From: Escherichia coli
GTDB taxonomy: Bacteria; Pseudomonadota; Gammaproteobacteria; Enterobacterales; Enterobacteriaceae
DNA: 64,000 nt
Reading direction: 5' to 3' (one strand)
Assembly (NCBI RefSeq): GCF_003334335.1
Contig: NZ_QOWQ01000003.1
In this document: one piece after another, positions 53,319 through 64,000 of the stretch
Numbering within the stretch: position 1 is the first letter of the stretch
Layout of the letters: each line of letters opens with the position of its first letter
Made by a program: the position numbers and the translations under genes
The notes under the pieces: model-generated
What the model saw: only the letters and a program-made list of their open reading frames with translations
Database searches by the model: none
What the model was told of the DNA's origin: nothing

Positions 53319-54923
53319 ATGAAAAAAATTGCTATTGTGGGTGCCGGGCCTACGGGGATCTACACCTTATTCTCGCTTCTACAGCAACAAACTCCACTTT
53401 CTATTTCTATCTTCGAGCAGGCTGACGAGGCCGGTGTCGGGATGCCATACAGTGATGAGGAAAACTCAAAAATGATGCTGGCAAATATTGCCAGTATTGA
53501 AATACCGCCGATTTATTGTACGTATCTCGAATGGCTACAAAAGCAAGAAGACAGCCATCTCCAGCGTTATGGCGTTAAAAAAGAAACCTTGCACGATCGT
53601 CAGTTTTTACCGCGAATTCTGCTGGGCGAATATTTCCGCGATCAATTTTTACGACTAGTAGACCAGGCACGACAGCAAAAATTTGCAGTGGCTGTTTATG
53701 AATCATGCCAGGTTACCGATCTGCAAATTACAAATGCTGGCGTCATGCTCGCTACAAATCAGGATTTACCCAGCGAGACGTTTGATTTAGCGGTGATCGC
53801 CACGGGTCACGTCTGGCCTGATGAAGAAGAAGCAACCCGAACGTATTTTCCCAGCCCGTGGTCAGGCCTGATGGAAGCAAAGGTCGATGCGTGTAACGTG
53901 GGTATTATGGGAACATCCTTGAGCGGACTGGATGCGGCAATGGCAGTGGCTATTCAGCATGGTTCGTTCATTGAAGATGATAAACAACACGTCGTTTTTC
54001 ACCGCGATAACGCAAGTGAAAAGCTAAATATCACGTTGTTGTCGCGCACGGGTATTTTACCCGAAGCCGATTTCTATTGCCCTATTCCCTACGAGCCCTT
54101 ACACATCGTCACCGATCAGGCATTAAATGCTGAGATTCAAAAAGGCGAAGAGGGCCTTTTGGATCGGGTATTTAGATTGATAGTAGAGGAAATCAAGTTT
54201 GCTGATCCAGACTGGAGTCAACGCATAGCCTTAGAGAGCCTGAATGTCGATTCCTTTGCTCAAGCCTGGTTTGCCGAGCGCAAACAACGCGACCCATTTG
54301 ACTGGGCAGAAAAAAATCTCCAGGAAGTCGAACGCAATAAACGAGAAAAACATACTGTTCCCTGGCGTTATGTCATTCTGCGCCTGCATGAAGCCGTACA
54401 GGAAATTGTTCCACATCTGAATGAACACGACCATAAACGGTTCAGTAAAGGCCTTGCCCGGGTTTTCATCGATAATTATGCGGCAATCCCTTCAGAGTCT
54501 ATTCGTCGCCTACTTGCCTTACGTGAAGCGGGAATCATTCATATTCTCGCCCTCGGTGAAGACTACAAAATGGAAATTAATGAGTCGCGCACCGTCCTGA
54601 AAACGGAAGACAACAGCTACTCGTTTGACGTTTTTATTGATGCCCGCGGACAACGTCCGCTTAAAGTGAAAGATATCCCTTTCCCTGGGCTACGCGAGCA
54701 ATTACAGAAAACAGGGGATGAAATCCCTGATGTTGGCGAAGATTATACGTTACAGCAACCCGAAGATATTCGTGGGCGCGTAGCGTTCGGCGCGTTGCCC
54801 TGGTTGATGCACGACCAGCCTTTCGTTCAGGGACTTACGGCATGTGCAGAAATTGGTGAGGCGATGGCTCGGGCGGTCGTAAAGCCTGCATCCCGTGCTC
54901 GTCGGCGTCTTTCGTTTGATTAA
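53319..54923 (+). CDS. ydhS: FAD/NAD(P)-binding protein YdhS, 534 aa
   Basis: Track ORF 534 aa with an N-terminal Rossmann dinucleotide-binding motif (IAIVGAGPTG). Confidence 0.9.
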   Translation: MKKIAIVGAGPTGIYTLFSLLQQQTPLSISIFEQADEAGVGMPYSDEENSKMMLANIASIEIPPIYCTYLEWLQKQEDSHLQRYGVKKETLHDRQFLPRILLGEYFRDQFLRLVDQARQQKFAVAVYESCQVTDLQITNAGVMLATNQDLPSETFDLAVIATGHVWPDEEEATRTYFPSPWSGLMEAKVDACNVGIMGTSLSGLDAAMAVAIQHGSFIEDDKQHVVFHRDNASEKLNITLLSRTGILPEADFYCPIPYEPLHIVTDQALNAEIQKGEEGLLDRVFRLIVEEIKFADPDWSQRIALESLNVDSFAQAWFAERKQRDPFDWAEKNLQEVERNKREKHTVPWRYVILRLHEAVQEIVPHLNEHDHKRFSKGLARVFIDNYAAIPSESIRRLLALREAGIIHILALGEDYKMEINESRTVLKTEDNSYSFDVFIDARGQRPLKVKDIPFPGLREQLQKTGDEIPDVGEDYTLQQPEDIRGRVAFGALPWLMHDQPFVQGLTACAEIGEAMARAVVKPASRARRRLSFD

Positions 54924-54934
54924 AGGTAAAGCTA

Positions 54935-55747
54935 TCAGCACTCAACAAACTGATGCTGTTCATTAAGACGATAGCGGACTCCGGCTCGAATATTGTTTTC
55001 ACCTTCAATGGCGACGGCGAAGCGAACTCTTTCGCCGTCATGATATGCCAGTGCGGCGCTTCCTCCTGGCCCGAGAATAATTGAGTCGACCACGCCCGTG
55101 CTCACTACCGTTGAATTTTCACCGCTGGCAATGATGTGTACATTGTCGCCGCTGTTGGCAATTCTGGCGTTTGCGCCAAAGCTGGCGATTTGCACCAGGT
55201 CACCATTACTGGCGACATGACACCGTTCACCCAATGTACAAACGCGTACTCGCATTCCGGTATTCGCAATCCGACTGCTATCTCCAGCGCTGCTTATCCG
55301 CGAAGAATTACCGGTTACAGCAACCCGTGCGCGTTCACCGGAGCTGCCAATGTGACTGTTAAAGCCGACACTTCCAATCCGCACGCTATAACCCATACTG
55401 GCAATTTGCGCGGCATACCCAGCGGTTGCGATTCTGGCGTTATCCTCACAACAGCCGATGCGAGCATGATCGTCGCTGCGGGCAAACTGACTGCAAAATG
55501 GTCTCTCTCCGGGGTCTGTGGCCAGTTTTTGCATAGAGGAAACTTCCTGATGCGCGAAGTTTTCATCCGCCAGCCATTTTTTCCACGCATACTCAACCAG
55601 ACTCTCCGCCCAGTCCGTATATCCTTCCTCAATCAGTGCATGATGAATATCGGCATAACTACCGCCGCGTGGGAAATGGCGCAGGAACCAGCGATACATC
55701 ACCGCTCCGATACGCCATTCTCGCAGGTCTGCTTGTGTAATGATCAT
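54935..55747 (-). CDS. ydhT: Protein YdhT, 270 aa, last gene of ydhYVWXUT; contains a regular 9-residue repeat
   Basis: Track ORF 270 aa; operon position; about 16 consecutive 9-aa units with a hydrophobic-I/V-x-S/T-x-G pattern. Confidence 0.9.
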   Translation of the reverse strand: MIITQADLREWRIGAVMYRWFLRHFPRGGSYADIHHALIEEGYTDWAESLVEYAWKKWLADENFAHQEVSSMQKLATDPGERPFCSQFARSDDHARIGCCEDNARIATAGYAAQIASMGYSVRIGSVGFNSHIGSSGERARVAVTGNSSRISSAGDSSRIANTGMRVRVCTLGERCHVASNGDLVQIASFGANARIANSGDNVHIIASGENSTVVSTGVVDSIILGPGGSAALAYHDGERVRFAVAIEGENNIRAGVRYRLNEQHQFVEC

Positions 55748-55750
55748 TCG

Positions 55751-56536
55751 TTAGTGCCGGTGATAGCCATCGACCATGCTTTTAAAGGTTTCGTGTGGCG
55801 TACGCCCCGTGGTGCAAAGATAAAGATGACCGAAGATAAAAAAGAGGCTTATAAATGCCAGAGCAAAATGTGTCTGCAATAACCAGTATCTTACGCCAGG
55901 AAACACATCTCCCACGGCTTGCGGATAGAGACACAGCAGCCCCGTCAATAGTAACAACGGCAGCAATCCATACATGACACCAACATAGGCGACCTGCTGT
56001 AAGGGATTAAATTTAGACTGGGTTGTTGCCGGGAAAGGATGTTCTTCCCCCTGCATAATGCCAAACAAATAAAATCGCGTTTGTTTTGCCGCTCGTTCCA
56101 GCCACCCCTGACGACGAATGCGATAGTGGTGACCATTATCCCCAACGGCATTGATCAGCACAAAGCCGAGCCAGCATGCCAGTAACAAAAATCCGCAAAC
56201 TTCATGCACCGCAACCAGACTTTTAACCGCAGTTGCGCCCACCATCGCAAAGTGATTTATCAGCCCACTGGCCAGCAACAATACAAAGAGTAACGCATTC
56301 GACCAGTGCCATAATCTGACCGCTTTGCTGTAAAGATAAATCTTCTCACCATGATCGGTGGCTGATTTCTTCACGCCACGAGCACGAAGCAAGGCATGCA
56401 GCCCCAGCACCAACCACATCCCAACCAGCAATACTCCGGCAATGATCAACCACACCGGCCAAAATTCGGGAGTGAACTGTGGCACATAGTTCGCTAACTG
56501 GCTCTGAAACTGTTCAGCATGTTGCGACGGGTTCAT
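55751..56536 (-). CDS. ydhU: PhsC/NrfD-like membrane anchor subunit YdhU, 261 aa
   Basis: Track ORF 261 aa, polytopic membrane protein; overlaps ydhX by 4 nt. Confidence 0.9.
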   Translation of the reverse strand: MNPSQHAEQFQSQLANYVPQFTPEFWPVWLIIAGVLLVGMWLVLGLHALLRARGVKKSATDHGEKIYLYSKAVRLWHWSNALLFVLLLASGLINHFAMVGATAVKSLVAVHEVCGFLLLACWLGFVLINAVGDNGHHYRIRRQGWLERAAKQTRFYLFGIMQGEEHPFPATTQSKFNPLQQVAYVGVMYGLLPLLLLTGLLCLYPQAVGDVFPGVRYWLLQTHFALAFISLFFIFGHLYLCTTGRTPHETFKSMVDGYHRH

Positions 56537-57201
56537 ACATTTTCCTTTTTAATCAAATGTTGACCGAACCGGCGATACAGATGCGGTTTCCCGGCACCAG
56601 GTAGCTGATATTGATAGTATTTATTTTGCTGCAACCACGCCTGAATTTCTGGGCTATCTTCGCGACCAAAGATCAATGCGTGTTCCGGGCAGGCGCTGAC
56701 GCAAATGGGCGGAAAGCCTTTTGCCAGTCGGGACTCAGCGCAGAAATCACATTTATCTGCCACTTTAGTGACAGGGTTAAGGTAGCGAACCTGGTACGGA
56801 CAAGCGCCAATGCAATAACTGCAGCCGATGCACTGCGATTTTTCTACCCGCACGATCCCCTGCTCATCACGCCACGACGCCCCCGTCGGGCAAACGTCGA
56901 TGCACGGAGCATCTTCGCAGTGCTGACATGACTGGCGAAAAAAGTGATACTGCGTTTCGTTGTCGTTATCGGTGACTGGAATGTGTGCTATCGATAAACG
57001 GCTTCCCTGAGCGGGGACGTGGTTAGTTTTACGGCATGCGCGGGCGCAAATATTACAGCCATTGCACCGTGACTCGTCATGAATCATGGCATACCGAACT
57101 TCCTTTTCTTGCCTCGTGTTCGCTAACAGAGAAGACGCAGAACCAGTAAAAAAGATTACTGTTCCCATCCCCAGAACAAATTTGCGTCGAGTGAAGGACA
57201 T
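56533..57201 (-). CDS. ydhX: Tat-exported 4Fe-4S ferredoxin-type protein YdhX, 222 aa
   Basis: Track ORF 239 aa trimmed to the ATG at 57201 (MSFTRRKFVLGMG..., twin-arginine motif); several CxxCxxCxxxCP clusters. Confidence 0.9.
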   Translation of the reverse strand: MSFTRRKFVLGMGTVIFFTGSASSLLANTRQEKEVRYAMIHDESRCNGCNICARACRKTNHVPAQGSRLSIAHIPVTDNDNETQYHFFRQSCQHCEDAPCIDVCPTGASWRDEQGIVRVEKSQCIGCSYCIGACPYQVRYLNPVTKVADKCDFCAESRLAKGFPPICVSACPEHALIFGREDSPEIQAWLQQNKYYQYQLPGAGKPHLYRRFGQHLIKKENV

Positions 57202-57264
57202 CTGATTATCCCCTAATGCAGTGGCTGCAACTGTCCACCCTATCCATGACATCTCCCTGAAATT

Positions 57265-57912
57265 TCAGGGGTTCTGAAACTGCTCTACCTCGAACCATTC
57301 GCATAAGCCATAAGCCTTGCCATAGGTCATAAATCGCTCGCTAAACAAGTACAACACCGCCGTCGATGACTCCACCTGCCGTATATCGGCATATTCAGGT
57401 GCAACATCCATCGCGGCGATCGCGGCTTCAATCTGCGCTTCCTGGAAGTAATATGGCGCTTGCATCAGCATGGCGACTTTGTAAGGACGAGGATACGTCT
57501 GGCACTCAAAACGAACGGCGTGTGCAATGGCGCGACAAATGTCCTGCTCCACAACTTGCAAAGACATCGCCGCGTAGTTTTCACTCATGGCCTGCGTTGA
57601 GTAATAGTAATCATCCTTGCTTCCCGTCAAACAAGCGATATCCGCGTAGTCTCCGTTCTGCTTAATGCTTTCCAGCAAAACTGACAGTTCCTCTTCTGCA
57701 ACCAAATAGGGTGGCGAGAGAAACACGGCGCGCGCCACCAGCTGCCCAGCCGCAGAATGCTGGCGAATGAACTCAGCCAGGATTTCAGCAGGTTCTGGTT
57801 CGGTTACCGTATCAACGGGGTGACGCATCCCCTGCAACCATTGCCGCTTCGCCTCGTCAACTTCGCTGACTTTCGCTAACGGCAATTCATCCTGATGGTT
57901 CATCTTACCCAT
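57265..57912 (-). CDS. ydhW: Protein YdhW, 215 aa, unknown function
   Basis: Track ORF 215 aa; operon position between ydhV and ydhX. Confidence 0.88.
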   Translation of the reverse strand: MGKMNHQDELPLAKVSEVDEAKRQWLQGMRHPVDTVTEPEPAEILAEFIRQHSAAGQLVARAVFLSPPYLVAEEELSVLLESIKQNGDYADIACLTGSKDDYYYSTQAMSENYAAMSLQVVEQDICRAIAHAVRFECQTYPRPYKVAMLMQAPYYFQEAQIEAAIAAMDVAPEYADIRQVESSTAVLYLFSERFMTYGKAYGLCEWFEVEQFQNP

Positions 57913-57915
57913 TCC

Positions 57916-60665
<2,750 letters not shown>

Positions 60666-60865
60666 TTATTTCGCATCCTCTTCGCAAACACAGTGCTGAC
60701 AATTCAGCAGCCTGATATTAAGCATTCAACTAATACGCTGCTGACTCTGTCCCCAACACCAGATATTTTCCCTAACCCGATAGTGTATGAGAAAAGATTA
60801 ACGCCGATAAACTAATCCTTTATGGTTAGGAGAAAAAATAATGTGATTATTCTGAGCCCTTAACA

Positions 60866-60879
60866 TTGATCGTTATCAA
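60866..60879. promoter_or_regulatory. FNR/CRP-family box TTGAT-CGTT-ATCAA upstream of ydhY
   Basis: Perfect match to the FNR consensus TTGAT-N4-ATCAA seen directly, about 200 bp upstream of the ydhY ATG in an AT-rich region. Confidence 0.65.
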
Positions 60880-61119
60880 TTAAAATTACAAAGCAAGAAA
60901 TTATAAGTGAACTGATATTTATTATCATTTGAAATAAATTTAACTTAAGCGACAATTATTTGTGACTTTCATTGCAGAAAATAAAAATAACATTATCGCT
61001 ATAAATTAAAATACATACCGAAATTCGTATAATTTCAGCAGTTGTTATTTAGAATGATTAACTGGACCGCAACTGAAGCAAGAATATCAGGATGAAGCTT
61101 ACCGCCTCATCCTGAATGG

Positions 61120-61329
61120 TCATTTTACCAGTGCGTTAATGACGGTTTCCATCGCCTGCTTTTCCAGCTCACTGCGCTGAATGCGTTTATTGGCTAATGC
61201 TGTACGTAATACGCCTGCGATAACAATATGCTTTGGTTCCTGCCCCAGATCGCGCATTTCCAGCACAACTTTACCGACAACTCTGCACATTTCTCGGTAC
61301 AGTTCATCCTCTTTTGTCCGATTTCCCAT
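61120..61329 (-). CDS. fumD: Small class-I fumarase-related protein FumD (YdhZ), 69 aa
   Basis: Track ORF 69 aa recognised as YdhZ/FumD (MGNRTKEDELYREMCRVVGKVVLEMRDLG...). Confidence 0.9.
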   Translation of the reverse strand: MGNRTKEDELYREMCRVVGKVVLEMRDLGQEPKHIVIAGVLRTALANKRIQRSELEKQAMETVINALVK

Positions 61330-61885
61330 TCTTTATACCTATTTATCATGCCAACTATCAGCATATATCAATCTAACCAATTAAACAAAAATCAAACAAA
61401 ATCAGACAAATAACGCGATAAATTATTTTAACTGTAGCAATTGAGCGATGATATATTTATACACCGGATGAACTTTCACTTATCCTCACACTGACAACTT
61501 CGGCACCAGACGTTGCGCAAACAGTGAAGTTTTTGCGTAACCTTTTCCCTGGAACGTTAAATCTTTGATAACAATTTATTGTCTAACAAGTTGTATATTT
61601 TTTGAAACGCTGTTTTTGTTTTCCTTTTGGATTAATTTCAGCGTATAATGCGCGCCAATTGACTCTTGAATGGTTTCAGCACTTTGGACTGTAGAACTCA
61701 ACGACTCAAAAACAGGCACTCACGTTGGGCTGAGACACAAGCACACATTCCTCTGCACGCTTTTTCGATGTCACCTATCCTTAGAGCGAGGCACCACCAC
61801 TTTCGTAATACCGGATTCGCTTTCCGGCAGTGCGCCCAGAAAGCAAGTTTCTCCCATCCTTCTCAACTTAAAGACTAAGACTGTC

Positions 61886-63298
61886 ATGAAAAAGACCAAA
61901 ATTGTTTGCACCATCGGACCGAAAACCGAATCTGAAGAGATGTTAGCTAAAATGCTGGACGCTGGCATGAACGTTATGCGTCTGAACTTCTCTCATGGTG
62001 ACTATGCAGAACACGGTCAGCGCATTCAGAATCTGCGCAACGTGATGAGCAAAACTGGTAAAACCGCCGCTATCCTGCTTGATACCAAAGGTCCGGAAAT
62101 CCGCACCATGAAACTGGAAGGCGGTAACGACGTTTCTCTGAAAGCTGGTCAGACCTTTACTTTCACCACTGATAAATCTGTTATCGGCAACAGCGAAATG
62201 GTTGCGGTAACGTATGAAGGTTTCACTACTGACCTGTCTGTTGGCAACACCGTACTGGTTGACGATGGTCTGATCGGTATGGAAGTTACCGCCATTGAAG
62301 GTAACAAAGTTATCTGTAAAGTGCTGAACAACGGTGACCTGGGCGAAAACAAAGGTGTGAACCTGCCTGGCGTTTCCATTGCTCTGCCAGCACTGGCTGA
62401 AAAAGACAAACAGGACCTGATCTTTGGTTGCGAACAAGGCGTAGACTTTGTTGCTGCTTCCTTTATTCGTAAGCGTTCTGACGTTATCGAAATCCGTGAG
62501 CACCTGAAAGCGCACGGCGGCGAAAACATCCACATCATCTCCAAAATCGAAAACCAGGAAGGCCTCAACAACTTCGACGAAATCCTCGAAGCCTCTGACG
62601 GCATCATGGTTGCGCGTGGCGACCTGGGTGTAGAAATCCCGGTAGAAGAAGTTATCTTCGCCCAGAAGATGATGATCGAAAAATGTATCCGTGCACGTAA
62701 AGTCGTTATCACTGCGACCCAGATGCTGGATTCCATGATCAAAAACCCACGCCCGACTCGCGCAGAAGCCGGTGACGTTGCAAACGCCATCCTCGACGGT
62801 ACTGACGCAGTGATGCTGTCTGGTGAATCCGCAAAAGGTAAATACCCGCTGGAAGCGGTTTCTATCATGGCGACCATCTGCGAACGTACCGACCGCGTGA
62901 TGAACAGCCGTCTCGAGTTCAACAATGACAACCGTAAACTGCGCATTACCGAAGCGGTATGCCGTGGTGCCGTTGAAACTGCTGAAAAACTGGATGCTCC
63001 GCTGATCGTGGTTGCTACTCAGGGCGGTAAATCTGCTCGCGCAGTACGTAAATACTTCCCGGATGCCACCATCCTGGCACTGACCACCAACGAAAAAACG
63101 GCTCATCAGTTGGTACTGAGCAAAGGCGTTGTGCCGCAGCTTGTTAAAGAGATCACTTCTACTGATGATTTCTACCGTCTGGGTAAAGAACTGGCTCTGC
63201 AGAGCGGTCTGGCACACAAAGGTGACGTTGTAGTTATGGTTTCTGGTGCACTGGTACCGAGCGGCACTACTAACACCGCATCTGTTCACGTCCTGTAA
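61886..63298 (+). CDS. pykF: Pyruvate kinase I (fructose-1,6-bisphosphate activated), 470 aa
   Basis: Track ORF 61670..63298 trimmed to the ATG at 61886 ([38 protein letters not shown]...). Confidence 0.97.
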
Positions 63299-63329
63299 TA
63301 TTGCTTTTGTGAATTAATTTGTATATCGA

Positions 63330-63354
63330 AGCGCCCTGATGGGCGCTTTTTTTA
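63330..63354 (+). terminator. Intrinsic terminator downstream of pykF
   Basis: Hairpin AGCGCCC/GGGCGCT followed by a T-run, seen directly. Confidence 0.75.
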
Positions 63355-63596
63355 TTTAATCGATAACCAGAAGCAATAAAAAATCAAATCGGATTTCACT
63401 ATATAATCTCACTTTATCTAAGATGAATCCGATGGAAGCATCCTGTTTTCTCTCAATTTTTTTATCTAAAACCCAGCGTTCGATGCTTCTTTGAGCGAAC
63501 GATCAAAAATAAGTGCCTTCCCATCAAAAAAATATTCTCAACATAAAAAACTTTGTGTAATACTTGTAACGCTACATGGAGATTAACTCAATCTAG

Positions 63597-63845
<249 letters not shown>

Positions 63846-63861
63846 TAGTACCTGTGAAGTG

Positions 63862-63893
63862 AAAAATGGCGCACATTGTGCGCCATTTTTTTT
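63862..63893 (+). terminator. Intrinsic terminator downstream of lpp
   Basis: Hairpin ATGGCGCAC/GTGCGCCAT followed by an 8-T run, seen directly. Confidence 0.85.
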
Positions 63894-63908
63894 GTCTGCC
63901 GTTTACCG

Positions 63909-64000
63909 CTACTGCGTCACGCGTAACATATTCCCTTGCTCTGGTTCACCATTCTGCGCTGACTCTACTGAAGGCGCATTGCTGGCTGCGGGAGTTGCTC
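63909..64000 (-). CDS. ldtE: L,D-transpeptidase LdtE (YnhG), 3' end only; gene runs off the window edge
   Basis: Open minus-strand frame from the window edge to a TAG at 63911-63909 (translation ...SVESAQNGEPEQGNMLRVTQ*); convergent with lpp as in the K-12 gene order; too short to confirm by motif. Confidence 0.5.
   Translation of the reverse strand, partial: ATPAASNAPSVESAQNGEPEQGNMLRVTQ

Noticed and set aside
61943-63289. 448-aa minus-strand ORF antisense to almost all of pykF (and a nested 265-aa ORF)
   Set aside because: pykF is an unambiguous, highly codon-biased gene; strong codon bias commonly leaves the antisense frame free of stops. The antisense product has no start context or recognisable fold.

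Overview
This window reads as an ordinary, well-characterised stretch of Escherichia coli core chromosome (K-12-like gene order, uidB through lpp/ldtE), densely packed with about 65 protein genes and two tRNA-Val genes. I found no novel or undescribed system: no mobile element, prophage, CRISPR array or foreign island is visible, and every long ORF maps to a known gene of expected length. Gene order is uidB(partial)-uidA-uidR-hdhA-malI/malXY-add-ydgJ-blr-cnu-ydgK-rsxABCDGE-nth-dtpA-gstA-pdxY-tyrS-pdxH-mliC-anmK-slyB-slyA-ydhIJK-sodC-ydhF-ydhL-nemRA-gloA-rnt-lhr-grxD-mepH-sodB-ydhP-ynhF-purR-punR-punC-cfa-ribC-mdtK-ydhQ-valV-valW-ydhR-ydhS-ydhTUXWVY(operon, minus strand)-fumD-pykF-lpp-ldtE(partial). 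The points worth a second look are strain-level or structural details: (1) an in-frame TAA at codon 22 of ydhY; (2) a 96-bp in-frame tandem repeat array in rsxC; (3) a regular 9-residue repeat in YdhT; (4) the poorly understood FNR-type ydhYVWXUT redox operon itself. Gene identities rest on my recognition of the translated ORFs and on synteny, not on any database search; reference protein lengths are quoted from memory.
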